DNA of 62,982 bases, filler included, from Licmophora abbreviata (lineage: Eukaryota), in the NCBI GenBank assembly GCA_900291995.1. It is 12 parts of 12 records of this genome, joined end to end, with 100 filler letters (N's around TTAATTAATTAA, not from the genome) between each part and the next. Parts side by side here need not be neighbours in the genome. Positions count along the whole stretch, not along the records: positions 22,778 to 36,352 come from OLMU01001322.1; 11 more parts are not named here. One strand, given 5' to 3'. The notes beneath the pieces were generated by a model, which was given only the letters and a program-made list of their open reading frames with translations, did no database searches and was not told the DNA's origin. Both the position numbers and the translations under genes were made by a program. The first letter of the stretch is position 1; the number at the start of each line of letters is the position of its first letter. Below, one piece after another: positions 23,570 to 35,330 of the stretch.

Positions 23570-24748
23570 TTAACGGCGTAGCGTCGGTGGTGAACCTCCA
23601 TTCTCTTCCAACACGGCCCTCCAAAGCTTGCGCATTGCCAATAGACGCTGCGTCTGGGGATCAATGCCCGTCAAAAACGCCACACGATCCGGACCCGTTG
23701 CAATCTGAGAGGCTCTATGCACGAAATCATTGTGTGCCGCTTCTGCCTCAAGCAGCTGCCTATCCCGTTCTTCGCCCGACAAGGCAAGAAACTCTTGGAG
23801 TAAGCTCTGTCGTAGTTCCTCCGCCTGTCGTGCCATATTCAGCTGCGTTCGTTGATCGATTTCTTTTTGCTCCTGTATAGTCTCGGCTTTGGGTGCCCCA
23901 GTCGATGAAATCTCCCTTCCAGTGTCACCATCTACCACCTTTTCCGAATAACTCACCGATACGACCCTCGTGAAGCCACCTGCATTTTGATCCGACAAAA
24001 GTTGCTCACGCGATGATAAAGTCGCGTTCGTGCTCGCCACATGCATGTTGGAACTAAGCTTTTCGATTACCCGTCGCATTTCCTGGCTGTCAACAATGAG
24101 ACGTTCCAGTTCACGGCTACCATGTTCCGGGTCGTACCCAATCGCACACATGAGGAGCCTCTCAATATGTTCCAGTCGTTGCCGCGGAACGAGATCTTGA
24201 GACGCAGACGCATCTCCGATATCCTCAAACAGTGGCGACCCATCTCGCAGGTGCCGCTGCACACAGGGCAGTCGAACGGCGGCGTTGCAGAGAGCAGCAT
24301 ACTCCAACAACGTAGCGCGTGCGAGCCCATTGCGGGTTTCAAGGGAGCGCTCTGGAGACGCCGATGTACCCATTAATCTTTCATACATGCACTCTTCGTA
24401 TAGTACATGTCGGGAGAATGTCAAGCGAGCGGTGTCGTTCAAGGCATGCATGGCTTCTTGTAGCAGTTTGTAGCCATCATCGTCGTCGTCGGATCTAGTA
24501 TCCGCCTTTCCAAGCTTGGCCAATGATTCCTGTACCATCTGAGTAGTGATAGGACCAGATTCAGCTTTCTCATTGTATTCTCGTACAACGCGCTGCAGAG
24601 ATTCTTGTTGGACCTCGAGAATTCGATATCGGTGGTGCGACAGAGGCGCAGGCAGTCGTGGTTCGGATGTTTCGAGGGGTTCGCAGTCTTGCAAGGCGTC
24701 TGTCGCTCTGCGAAAGAAGCTCAAAAGTAATTCGAGCGGAACGGACAT
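23570..24748 (-). CDS. Hypothetical alpha-helical protein (first ATG 24748)
   Basis: Uninterrupted ~390-codon ORF between genes, with no recognised motif. Confidence 0.65.
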   Translation of the reverse strand: MSVPLELLLSFFRRATDALQDCEPLETSEPRLPAPLSHHRYRILEVQQESLQRVVREYNEKAESGPITTQMVQESLAKLGKADTRSDDDDDGYKLLQEAMHALNDTARLTFSRHVLYEECMYERLMGTSASPERSLETRNGLARATLLEYAALCNAAVRLPCVQRHLRDGSPLFEDIGDASASQDLVPRQRLEHIERLLMCAIGYDPEHGSRELERLIVDSQEMRRVIEKLSSNMHVASTNATLSSREQLLSDQNAGGFTRVVSVSYSEKVVDGDTGREISSTGAPKAETIQEQKEIDQRTQLNMARQAEELRQSLLQEFLALSGEERDRQLLEAEAAHNDFVHRASQIATGPDRVAFLTGIDPQTQRLLAMRKLWRAVLEENGGSPPTLRR

Positions 24749-25036
24749 GTTACCGGGCAGTACGAACGTAGGATGATGAGCGGGAAGAGGAAGGGGTGAT
24801 GGACGAGGAGAGGGAACAGAGCTTCTGCTGTTTAGAACGACGTCTCGTCTTTGTCTTAGTGTCTCGTTTTTGGTCCGCTTCGTGTGTAGCAGCTCTTCTG
24901 TTTCGAGTTTTGTGTAGCTCAAACCTCGTGATTTGTAAATTGATTCGAATGAGTCGTTGTTTTCGTCTTTTTACTCAGTCGCGCCAGTCGCGCCATCATC
25001 TTTCTGTACCATCTGTCACCCGATACAGCTTTGACC

Positions 25037-26869
25037 ATGGTGGCGACAGCACCGCCACCCAGCGTGGCGATAATCGGCTGCGGCGCGGGGGGAATGTTCC
25101 TTTGTCACGCCCTTGAGACATATCGAAGAGAGTTGCTGGAAAAAGGAGACGATGCTTCCTTAGAAAGCCTCCCAAAAGTCACTTGCTTCGAGCGCTCATC
25201 CGGTCCCGGCGGCGTCTGGAGGGCCAAGCGGTCCTTCGACGAGGATCATGACGAGGAACTGACACCGGAGGGTGCATCAGAAACGACGAACATGTATGAG
25301 GCACTCTGGACGAATGGAGCCAAGAACGGTATCGAGTTTTTCGACCATACCTTTGACGAACACTTTGGCGGGCCTCTACCCGTATACATGCCGCGTCAGG
25401 CACTGCTGGAGTACATGATGCGCCGTGTCACCAAGAACTGCCCCGAGTTCTTTGAGAAGTACGTTCGATTCAATACCAATGTCGTGTGCGTCAAGTATAC
25501 GGGGATCCAGTTTCAGATTACTACAACAAACGTTAGGACTCTGGTGCAAACAACGTCGTACTATGACAAGTGCGTCTGGGCTGCGGGCGAAAACGGCATT
25601 CCCATGATGCCAACGTCCATCACGTCCTTATTTAGAGAGGGAGGCTTTCGTGGAAGGATGATTCATTCATCTGAGACCTCTGACTTTGAAGCTGATGTAA
25701 AAGGAAAACGCATCTTGTTAATTGGTGGATCGTACAGCGCAGAAGACCTGGCGTTGATGGCTATCAAAGTGGGAGCTGAACGGGTTTATATTAGCTCTAG
25801 AGGGTACGAGAATGTTGTTTCTTGGACAAGTTGCTGGCCAGGTGACAAGGTGGAAGTCTTGCACAGCCAGATGCCAGTGCGAGTCAAAAACGATTGTGTT
25901 TCATTTGCCAAAAGTGTGTGGGAGTTTCCCAACCTCTACAAACCGAACGAAGAAATCACGACAGAAGTTCGCGGTATCGACACAGTCGTCTTTTGCACAG
26001 GCTATCTGCCCAATTACAGTATGTTGGATCCTGAACTGCGTGCGATCTTTGACAAGCCGTACGAGAACAAGCTTCGCGTACCTTCGGAATGGACAATGAC
26101 AGCGAACGAATGGACGGAATGCCTCGGTGATGTAGAACCATCCGAGGAGGGCGTCTACTGGCATCCCAGTCCCAGTCTATACCCTGATCTGTATCGGGGA
26201 CTGCTCGTTGTGTCTAACCCATCCATGATCTTCCTGGAGAACGAAAATTACGGGGACCCCATCTTTGGAATCGAAGGAAACGCTTGGCTACTGATGCGCT
26301 ACCTCACTGGAGCGAGGAAAATCCCGTCAGAAGAAGCGATGAGACGGCAGAACGAGGAAGACTGTTTGCGACACTTGCAGAACCCCTATCTACGATACTA
26401 CATGGACGCTAACTACTACGACACATATAACCGTGTCGGCTCTGGGGTGATCAGTTCGGAGTCCTGGTCGAAATACGAGCGGGAATATTCCTTGTCATAC
26501 TATCGAATCATGGCTCGCACGCTGCAAGAAGCAGAGTACCCTGGCGTCAGCTTTGGGACGTACGACAACTTGAGCGAGACAGCAACGACTCTTTCCAGAT
26601 ATTCCTATCTGAGCTACTATCACCGAGCCAAGCTTGATCCGAAGAATGAAGACGAGAAAGGATGGCGGACGTTTCGAGACAATACCGACGCTGATCAGTT
26701 TCGTTCCATTTTCACAGGGACACCGGCAGTGCCTCTCAAAAGACGGTGGCTGGATATCGATACAGGCGAGGAAATGAAGGTTGTCAAGAGCGCATGGCAG
26801 CCGAAAGATCTTGAGAAAACGGGCTTCGAGGTCCACAGCGAAGACGACCCACAATCGCTGACTAGCTAG
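25037..26869 (+). CDS. Flavin-containing monooxygenase (class B FMO, trimethylamine-monooxygenase-like), intronless
   Basis: FAD motif GCGAGG, GGVW, MYEALWTNG, FMO fingerprint FRGRMIHSSETSDF, NADPH motif GGSYSAED, and FCTGY. Confidence 0.92.
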   Translation: MVATAPPPSVAIIGCGAGGMFLCHALETYRRELLEKGDDASLESLPKVTCFERSSGPGGVWRAKRSFDEDHDEELTPEGASETTNMYEALWTNGAKNGIEFFDHTFDEHFGGPLPVYMPRQALLEYMMRRVTKNCPEFFEKYVRFNTNVVCVKYTGIQFQITTTNVRTLVQTTSYYDKCVWAAGENGIPMMPTSITSLFREGGFRGRMIHSSETSDFEADVKGKRILLIGGSYSAEDLALMAIKVGAERVYISSRGYENVVSWTSCWPGDKVEVLHSQMPVRVKNDCVSFAKSVWEFPNLYKPNEEITTEVRGIDTVVFCTGYLPNYSMLDPELRAIFDKPYENKLRVPSEWTMTANEWTECLGDVEPSEEGVYWHPSPSLYPDLYRGLLVVSNPSMIFLENENYGDPIFGIEGNAWLLMRYLTGARKIPSEEAMRRQNEEDCLRHLQNPYLRYYMDANYYDTYNRVGSGVISSESWSKYEREYSLSYYRIMARTLQEAEYPGVSFGTYDNLSETATTLSRYSYLSYYHRAKLDPKNEDEKGWRTFRDNTDADQFRSIFTGTPAVPLKRRWLDIDTGEEMKVVKSAWQPKDLEKTGFEVHSEDDPQSLTS

Positions 26870-26975
26870 CTTAAATACCGGTAGCCTGGTCAAGATGGCA
26901 ATAGGCAGCTACTCGGAAAATTGTCACCGCTGGCATGTATGTGTGCGATCTAGCCTATGCAGAATCTGGCAGGGA

Positions 26976-27828
26976 TCACCCCGGCGCCATGATTTGAGCA
27001 CGCTTCATTCGTACATCCCAGTTGTAGATGCGACTGATGCAGACCTCCGAAGTAACAATCTGATTTCTCGTAAAAGCCAAGTCATCTGTCGTCTGTTCAT
27101 GGGCAGATTGACATTCACAGAGGGTGAATGAAAGAGCATATTCTTGTCAGAATAGTCCAGACGAAGCGATCGACATCATCACATCAGACTACTTACGTCG
27201 TTGTATTCACGTTTCGCAAGTTCTTCTTTGGAAATCAAAAGTTCAATCGCGTCCTCGTAGGTGTACTCCAACATTACGTTAGCTCCCAGCCAAAGATTCA
27301 CAGTGCCCTCTGTCATGTCGATTTCGGCTTTTCCATACACGGCGTCCGCAAGACTGTAGTGTGTGACGACAGTCTCTTCATCTTCCCTTTTCTGTTTGAG
27401 ACTCTTCACCAATGCGAGAGACTTTTCGATTTCTGGAATTTTTTCTTGAAAGTTGGATCCTTAACATGTGAGTGAGTGTGTGTGTGAGAGAGAGAGAGAG
27501 AGAGCGATAAAACATGCATGTGATGAGCAAGGAACTCGCTCGTCGGAAGCCACTCGTTTCGAATATGTCTATGCTAGGTTTCACTTTTCTTACTTCTGCC
27601 AGTCAATGTCACTTCCGTCTGTTTGTACTTTGCCAAAAGATCCGCGTAGGCCCCGATGAGCAGTTCCGCCGACGCCGGAGGGTCAAACTCTTTGGAAAAG
27701 GCGTCAATATCATCTACGAATTTGGCGGCAGGAATGCCTCGCGGGTTGTCTCCGTCCGTGATGGATTTCATGCTCATGCGCGCGTCCACTACTTCTGGCG
27801 CTTCCTTTATTTCCGTAGCCGCGCTCAT
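26976..27828 (-). CDS. VBP1: Prefoldin subunit 3 (VBP1), 3 exons (introns 27593-27460, 27196-27093)
   Basis: NPRGIPAAKFVDD, EKIPEIEKSL, VNLWLGANVMLEY, NQIVTSEVCISRIYNWDV; GT-AG junctions are in frame. Confidence 0.93.
27468..27503. repeat. (TG)n/(GA)n microsatellite in prefoldin-3 intron 1
   Basis: gtgagtgagtgtgtgtgtgagagagagagagagaga. Confidence 0.85.
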
Positions 27829-28415
27829 TTTATTGCTTGGCCGTCAAGACAGCGGTCGCAACTTTCGTGGCAATGAGGAATGATGAACCTATTCTAGATG
27901 ATGACGACGAGATTAGTGTGCTTTCGCGCACTTTCAACTTTGTGTTCGGCAATCGGCAATCGTCGGACGGAGCGACGCACAGAGCGGAACGATTTCAATG
28001 AAATTCAGGGCTTCAATTTTCAACCGTACTTGAGGGTTTCAGAATAAACGCAATTTAATCCATGAACATATACGATTCTGAATTTTATTATATCTGAGAC
28101 TTTGGAAGCGTGAGCAAAATAGGTCGATCATGCACACAAAGCTCTAAGTGCATGCGTTGAGAAAGGGAAATTCCTTAAATATAGTATACAACTGTGTTTA
28201 TACACAGATATTTCTCGAACGGGTTTCCAGCTGTATGCATACGCTCACTATTTCGTCAAATTTTGAAGACCGAGCACTTTTTCAGTTGAAAAATCTGCGC
28301 CGGCATACCGCGTTTGTCTACAACCCATTCGCCCCGAAGTTCATCAAAGGGTGTGTACCTGATACAGACCCTTTCAGCTGCGGAACAGCTCGAGACAGAG
28401 CAGCACACACAAACC

Positions 28416-29636
28416 ATGAGCAAATCTTGCGAAGAGCTCAATGTGGAAGTCACGTTGGAACAATCGACGCGAATACGGAAGGAAATGAGCATCGACCCGC
28501 ACGACGTGGCAGTGTGGGTACCCAGATTTAGGTCCAAGCGACGAAGGAGACGGTTGGCTGCATGTGCGGGACTAGCTCTTGTGCTGGCCCTTGTGATTGC
28601 AATTGTTGTTGCCATGAGACCTGACGAGAAGTCCAGCGCGTTAGCTGCAAGTACAGGTGGGGACGACTTTGCTCCAGTACAGCCGCCTACACCGACTCTT
28701 CCTACCGCACTGCCAGTAGCCCCACCGTCAGCACCGACAGCAGAGGGGACATCAGAGCCACCGTCAGCGCAAGCACCTGCACCCACGTCCGAACCGACCC
28801 GCCCGGCTCCTTCAGCGACTCCCTCTGGGCCACCCACTGTCACTACTTTTTGCGCCATTGCCGATGTTCCCTACACACCCCAGGAAGTTCGAGAGATACG
28901 CAGTCTGATACAGGATCTCCCGGAAGAATGTGAATTCCTGATTCACTTGGGCGACATTAAATCAGGTGGAGCCGACTGTACGGAAGACCGCTATGAAGAC
29001 TTCTTTGATCTCATGTGGGAATCGCCTGTCGTTCCCTTTGTGGTTCCTGGTGACAACGAGTGGAACGACTGTCCCGACGGCAACTACGATCAAGCGTGGG
29101 CGTACTTTGAAGAGTGGTATGTCAGTCCTCCACTGGATTCTTTCTGGAGTCATGAACATAACCTCAACGTGATTCGGCATCCGCAGCATCCTGAGAACTT
29201 CCATTTTGTACACAAGAAGACTCTCTTCATGGGCTTGAATCTCGTGGGAGGGCAAATCATAGATCAGGACGAGTGGGATGGTCGGATGGCCTACTTGGCA
29301 GAACACACGATCGATACCATCATGCAGCTGGTTGTCGATGGGAAGGATGCCGAAGCTGTGGTACTCTTTGGACATGCTCTACCCACCCGGAATCACAACG
29401 ACTACTTCGATACAGTCTTGGCGTTTCTTTCGGACGTTCTAAATGATGAGGTTCCTGTTCTGTACCTGCACGGTGATGATCACCGTTGGGAACGTCAATC
29501 CCGCTTTGGGCCGAATACTATGCGCATCATGATTGAAGGCGGAAGCAAGGTGCCTGTTCCGATATTCTATTCCGATCCGGAAGGTGAGGGCCTCGAAGCT
29601 CGAAATACCTTTTCCTACGACCGAAGGCTGCGCTAG
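28416..29636 (+). CDS. Type II membrane-anchored calcineurin-like metallophosphoesterase with Pro/Thr-rich stalk
   Basis: RRRR followed by a TM helix, a PTPTLP/PSAP linker, then ADVPY, HLGDIKSG, PGDNEWNDC and YLHGDDH. Confidence 0.85.
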   Translation: MSKSCEELNVEVTLEQSTRIRKEMSIDPHDVAVWVPRFRSKRRRRRLAACAGLALVLALVIAIVVAMRPDEKSSALAASTGGDDFAPVQPPTPTLPTALPVAPPSAPTAEGTSEPPSAQAPAPTSEPTRPAPSATPSGPPTVTTFCAIADVPYTPQEVREIRSLIQDLPEECEFLIHLGDIKSGGADCTEDRYEDFFDLMWESPVVPFVVPGDNEWNDCPDGNYDQAWAYFEEWYVSPPLDSFWSHEHNLNVIRHPQHPENFHFVHKKTLFMGLNLVGGQIIDQDEWDGRMAYLAEHTIDTIMQLVVDGKDAEAVVLFGHALPTRNHNDYFDTVLAFLSDVLNDEVPVLYLHGDDHRWERQSRFGPNTMRIMIEGGSKVPVPIFYSDPEGEGLEARNTFSYDRRLR

Positions 29637-29772
29637 CTAGCTACTTTTTCTCTCTTGTGGCCGCGCATACATTGAAGTCACAATCTGGCACTACGAAAAC
29701 ATTGGATTTAGTAAGCATCATTGATAGAAAAACCTTGTCCCTCTTTTGACTTGACGTGAGAACTACTTTTCG

Positions 29773-30327
29773 CTACAAAGAGTTGGCTTCGGATTTGAGT
29801 CGATTATACTGCACCAGCCCCCACACGACCGACACAGTCGTCACTGCAACTTCAATCCCAAGGTCCCGACTTATCGAAAGCTCATGCCCCGGAACAAGAA
29901 ATGACAGCAGCAGCGAGCTCAGCGCCACCGCTCCAGGTAGCCTCGGATCATCTGGCACAATCTTGAATCGAACTGATATGGCGGCGACAGCACTCAAGAC
30001 ACCAAAAACTGTAGCGAACGAGTTATCCTTGTCGACAATCAATGCACTCACAAATACCAGTCCGAATGCGTCGTCATTGTATCCTCCAAAGCCGCCGTTT
30101 CGTTTGGAGGCCAACAACGCTGTCGAGCCTGCTAATACCGGTAGTGGACCAGGCGACGCTCGGAAATGTTCGACCCGATGAAATCGACAAGAGTCGGCCT
30201 GCAGTCGAGCCATCGACTGCAACGAAGACAACTTATGCATATCAAAGGCATGGCCCCCACCACAAGCCGCCATCCAAAGCAAGCTTCCACCGAGAAGGAG
30301 TCGCCGTCGCATCCTGGCAATCATCAT
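29773..30327 (-). CDS. Small multi-TM protein with bipartite (signal + 'HAF') plastid-type presequence
   Basis: Signal-like LLLGGSLLWMAACGGGHAF, then a transit-like segment and 3-4 hydrophobic helices. Confidence 0.6.
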   Translation of the reverse strand: MMIARMRRRLLLGGSLLWMAACGGGHAFDMHKLSSLQSMARLQADSCRFHRVEHFRASPGPLPVLAGSTALLASKRNGGFGGYNDDAFGLVFVSALIVDKDNSFATVFGVLSAVAAISVRFKIVPDDPRLPGAVALSSLLLSFLVPGHELSISRDLGIEVAVTTVSVVWGLVQYNRLKSEANSL

Positions 30328-30541
30328 GGTCTCATGGTCTGATTTTAGATTTTAGATTTTAGCATTTTAGGTATGTCGAGCTCTTCATTTTCGAAAGAGT
30401 GGAAAAACCTCTCATTCACGAGCTCCTTCAGACCTTTCTTCATAGTCGAGCTCACCCTCAGTCACGAATGACCCCGAAAATGACTGTGTGACGCCGACGC
30501 ATCGATGCAATCATAACATCGCGATCAAACAAGGCTGGACC

Positions 30542-33193
30542 ATGGCAGCCAAGAAGACTTCCGGCAAGCAGAAGCTCCGAAAGGATTCCAACGGTAGTGC
30601 CTCAAAGGATGGGAGGACTATCGTCGCTGCCAATTGGCCTTTGACAGGTACGAGAATAAGAATACCAGGTAGAAGAGAAATCGGTGCGAGCTCGCTCTCT
30701 GATGGCGACGATACTGTGTCTTACCCACTGAAACTGTATCTTTTTTGGGTCTCTAGACGATCCCACCGCTCTTAGCTGGAGCAGCGCAAAATCATTCCTC
30801 ATCACCTCGTCGATAGCCTTGGCGGTGTACATTCCTACCCTCCCACCAACAGTCGTTGGAGGCGACACCGGTGAACTCTTAGCAGAGGCGTGTCAACTCG
30901 GCATTGCGCACCCTCCCGGATACCCTCTCTTCACTATTCTAGCGTACCTGTCAATCGAGCTTGGAAAAATCGTCGATGGCACACACTCTCCTGCCTATTA
31001 CGCAAACTTCTTGTCGTGTGTCTTGGGAGCAGCCGCCTCGGGCGTTCTGGCCGCCAGCGTAACGATCTATCTTGAGATTGCTACGTTTCATTTTGACACA
31101 AAGAAGCACCAGCTAGTTTTGCCATCGGTGTTGCTTCGGGAGGCCACTGCCGTCACGGTTGGCCTGCTGCATGCCTTTTCGCCTTTGACGTGGCAGTACA
31201 GTACGACGGCCGAAGTCTTTGCATTGCACAATCTCTTTGTCGCCCTCTTGCTCTACGTGGCAGTGCGGTTTTCATGGAAGCAGAGTCATGCCATGTTGCT
31301 GCTGGGAGCCTTTTTGTGTGGCCTCTCCCTAACAAACCAGCATACGTCTGTGCTGATAGAGTTTCCCATCATTCTCTGGGTCATTCTCGAAGCGAACCTC
31401 CTCCGTTCTCGTCAGATGCTTGCACTTTTGGCTGGCTGCTTCCTAGCCGGACTTTCCGTATACCTATACCTTCCCGTTTCGGCGCATTTGTTCCCGCATC
31501 GTGGTGCGTGGGGAGATCTCAAGAGCATCAATGGATTCCTCGATCATCTTCGTAGGAAAAGCTATGGTACCTTTCAGTTGTATTCAGGAGACGCGAAGGG
31601 AGACGAAGATATGTTGGATCGCACCTTGGCATGGATGTTGGATTTCGCTGGGGTTCAGGCAGTCAATCCACTGGTGGTATTGCTCTTTCTATACGGTTCG
31701 TGGACTGTAGTATCTGCATTCTTCGGTAGTAGTTCTCGCGCAAATCGAAAACCAAGGCCGACGGCTGTTCACCGTGCCGGCCTTGTCATCCTGGTGGCAC
31801 TCCTGCTCTACGTCATCGTGTTTTTCACCATGAGCAACTTGCCGATGTCACGACCCCTCTATCTGGGGATTCTGAAGGTAGGAACCCCAACGCAATGACC
31901 TTCGAATTTGAATAAATCTCATGCCTCATTTTAATGCGTTTGCCACTATAACAGCGGTTTTGGCTACACCCGAACCTTTTGAGCTTCTGGCTGACAGGCG
32001 TGGGTATTTACAAGTTCACACTCGCCTTTGTGAAGAATCGCTCTCGGCGAAGAGCTCTGGCTCTCGTTGTCATGCTTGGTTCCGTCGTCTTTGCGTACTG
32101 GTTGAACCGCACGGAGGCAGCCAAACAAACTGAAAACTACATTATGCACAACTACGCGAAAGCATCTCTGGAATCGCTCCCTGAGAATTCTCTGCTTTTT
32201 ACGAGCGGAGATGTGGACTTTACATCCTTCCGCTATCTTCAGGAATGCGAGGGGGTTAGACCCGATGTCTTGACGGCCAGTCTGTCAACAATGGGCTCTT
32301 TCTGGTGGTAAGTCTACAATCCATGCGATTCAATGTGCCATCGACGTAGTCTCATGGAACCCTCTCTCTCTCTCATCGTGTAGGAAGACAAACGCTCACC
32401 TATACGAGCCACTCCAATATCCAGGAACGAATCTGGTGCCGGAAGGCCATCGGCAGCTCAACCACGGAGGGTTCACCCTATCCCAGCTGATCGACGCAAA
32501 TTACGACATGTTTGACCGAAACCTCTTTCTCTCCTTCAGCCCGACCAGCCCCGACTCGAGATACGCTGAGGAGTATGTTGAGACGAATTACGGTATTCTG
32601 GCAAGAATCAAAAGGAAGAGCGAGGATGAAGCAGTTACTGCAGAACAGTATCGAAACGAAACCCATGGCGTGTGGCGAGTTGTAACAAAACATATGTTCT
32701 TGGACGTAAGAGACGAATCCAAGTACCATCCTGAATCGTTCGAGCTCAAAACACGCCTCCAGTTCTTCATGCGTCTGCTCAACAGAGCTACAACTCTCCT
32801 TGATCTGGCCTCACGCCAGATGCAGCCCAGAAAGGAGCGACGCTAGTCTCACTGCTCGAAGCTGTTTCCTTTATCGAAGTCGCTCAGAGCTACCAGCACT
32901 CATCCAGAAATGACCCTACGTTAATGAAAAATCTCGGCATTGCCTACCTTCAAATGTCAAGGAACACGGAAGAGGAATTCGAGTCTGTTCTCCCGGAACT
33001 CGAGGATGTCTTCGACGGCGAAGGAAAAGGTGCATGGTGGTCAGAACAATTTTCTGTCGCTAACTGGAAGGACTGGGCAAAGCTTAGGTGGCACAAGTCC
33101 TTTGGTTCGTATATTGACATGCCCGGAGCCGACCGTGACCCCGAATATGCTGCCGTTGTGAAGGCATACGAAGACGCTAAACCCAAGGAATAA
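30542..33193 (+). CDS. TMEM260/DUF2723-like GT-C protein O-mannosyltransferase (introns 30648-30756, 31878-31954, 32308-32383; frameshift ~32810)
   Basis: GGDTGEL...GIAHPPGYPLF, AEVFALHNLF, LSLTNQHT, YGTFQL, K|RFWLHPN, SLPENSLLFTSGD..YLQECEGVRPDV, and a TPR-like MKNLGIAY. Confidence 0.88.
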
Positions 33194-33254
33194 AATCATT
33201 AATCCCAGCCTTATGACTATCAAGCCCCACGTTAATACGAATCCTTCGTACCAA

Positions 33255-35330
33255 CTACCGAGTGCAATTTTCAAGTAAGAACTTGTTCAGAACATACCCA
33301 TCAGGATGTTCCAGCGCTAAATAGAGACCGAGGGAAAGCGCAGGGTCTTTCATTTGCATGACATGCCTATTGACATGGTATTGCTTCATTGTCGAGTCGT
33401 ATCGGCACAGCAACTTGCACTGGATCGCTCCTGTGGAATCTTCCATGTCAACGAAGACAACTCTGGAGTGAGTAACGTCGTCGCACCCAACTTTCTTCAA
33501 CATTTCAATTGCATCGCCAAGAATCACTTTTTCCCGTTCGGTTACCGATGCTGAACTCGCAGAGAACCATACTTCTTGTGTGGTTTTTTGAACATCAAAG
33601 AAGCCACCCCGACGCAGAACTCTCAGCGCTCGTTCCGGTACTACAACGGGCGTGTTGCGGCCTAGCCGTGTTCGAACCCAGTCCACCTCGTGTTCCAGGC
33701 ATGGAAAAGCTGATTTTCCATACTCCAAAGCGAATCGTGTAGCGAGCGCTTTCGCACAGATGCCAACCGAATCATACTTGGTCGACGACATCACGTCCGA
33801 TTCCAAGCAGTCCCCCTCGGTCGAATTCTCGCCTCCGCCGTCAGCATCTTCGTCCAAATCATCAGGATCTCTTCCATTGATCATTCGCGATAAAAGCTTC
33901 GAAGCCAGATTCAAGTCCGCGTGTTTAGCATCGATCAGAAGCTCCTGCCACAGCGTGGCGTACTCATGTTTAAGCTGAGCATAGTCCACAACTCGGCCGT
34001 GCCACACGGGAACTGAGTGTGAAATGTCCATACCGAATAAAGCAGGGGCATTTGTCGCCATTCGAATATCGTTGCCCCACTCCGTAACAAATCTACCGTT
34101 GATATACACACGGCCGGCCTGCTTCTTGTCCAGCAGCAGTGCCTGCTTGCACTGTGCTGCCACAAGGGACTGTGGTTCGCCAATGGACGGAAACACGCTC
34201 CGGAGTTTTCGTGGGATGCTATGGAAGACTTCGAGGTCTTCCAGCGCGTTTTGGCGCAAGTTTCCTTCCAACTTCAAGCTCAATTTTGTCATGGCTGCAC
34301 CAAACTCCTCTTCCGTGTTGTCTTTTACAGTCACGGCGACCGACTTTACAAACGGATCTTCCTCTTTTTCCGCAACGCTTCCATTCTCCATATTGCTGCT
34401 ACGCATGTTTGCCACATCCAACATGGGAACAGTTCCGTCGCTCAGCACCGTGTCCACCACGTCGAATGTATACGTCTTTTTACGCACACTCGTGATTTCC
34501 AATCGGTACTTGCCAACGCGGTCATAAATACTTGACAAAGCTCCCAGCTTGACATCGTCATCGACGCTCGCTCCGAACGTCAACATGCTTAGCTCTTCAG
34601 CCTGCCTGGCTCGCTCGAAGCCAGAGGAGGGACGACGCGTCTTGTACTCGACTGTGGCCTTGTACATAACAGTGGCAGGCAAGTCGCCGTCCATATCGGG
34701 ATCTTCTGTCACTACCAGCTCCTCCTCTTCCATGAGGTCTTGGGAGGCGTAGTGCAAGGAGATACACCCCAGAACGGCTGGATTCTTCTGCCATGTCTCA
34801 TCAGCATCGTCTTCGAGTGTCTCCACGGCAGCCCCATCGTAGAGCAGACAGCGTCGCACGTAAGCCATGTCAAAGCCAAGCGTGTTGGACAGGACTTGGG
34901 GTGTAATGTCGAGCGTGGAAAGCTTCCGCGCTTTCCAATCGCCACTGCCGTTGGTCAACAAGCGCGGCGTATTCTTGGCGCAAGCCAGCAGTGCATGATG
35001 GACAATCGCGCAAAGTCCCAACACGGCACCGGGAGTATCACTGTCAGCGTCCAGGCGAGCCATGCTGGAGAGCGTCAAGGGGATAGCCCGATCGCCCACT
35101 CCGTTTTCGTTCTTAACAAGTTTGGAAGGAGGGGAAGGGCTTGACGGAGTCTGCGGGGCCTCCTCCTGAGCTGGCGGTGAGGAGCTTGACATATCCTCAG
35201 TCGGGGGAGGATCTTCGCGGGGAGAGGGCGGTTTCGGAGGACTCGGGAGTGCCGATGGAGGTGCAGGAGTTGACGGAGCGGCCGCCTCTTGTGTGACACC
35301 GGCGGGCGGAGCACCTCCACAGCACGACAT
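33255..35330 (-). CDS. Hypothetical 691-aa protein with MSCCGG start and Pro-rich N-terminus
   Basis: Long intronless ORF; no family confidently recognised. Confidence 0.75.
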   Translation of the reverse strand: MSCCGGAPPAGVTQEAAAPSTPAPPSALPSPPKPPSPREDPPPTEDMSSSSPPAQEEAPQTPSSPSPPSKLVKNENGVGDRAIPLTLSSMARLDADSDTPGAVLGLCAIVHHALLACAKNTPRLLTNGSGDWKARKLSTLDITPQVLSNTLGFDMAYVRRCLLYDGAAVETLEDDADETWQKNPAVLGCISLHYASQDLMEEEELVVTEDPDMDGDLPATVMYKATVEYKTRRPSSGFERARQAEELSMLTFGASVDDDVKLGALSSIYDRVGKYRLEITSVRKKTYTFDVVDTVLSDGTVPMLDVANMRSSNMENGSVAEKEEDPFVKSVAVTVKDNTEEEFGAAMTKLSLKLEGNLRQNALEDLEVFHSIPRKLRSVFPSIGEPQSLVAAQCKQALLLDKKQAGRVYINGRFVTEWGNDIRMATNAPALFGMDISHSVPVWHGRVVDYAQLKHEYATLWQELLIDAKHADLNLASKLLSRMINGRDPDDLDEDADGGGENSTEGDCLESDVMSSTKYDSVGICAKALATRFALEYGKSAFPCLEHEVDWVRTRLGRNTPVVVPERALRVLRRGGFFDVQKTTQEVWFSASSASVTEREKVILGDAIEMLKKVGCDDVTHSRVVFVDMEDSTGAIQCKLLCRYDSTMKQYHVNRHVMQMKDPALSLGLYLALEHPDGYVLNKFLLENCTR

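Noticed and set aside
28256..28858. 200-aa Gly/Ala-rich minus-strand ORF
   Set aside because: Antisense reading of the Pro/Thr stalk of the phosphoesterase.
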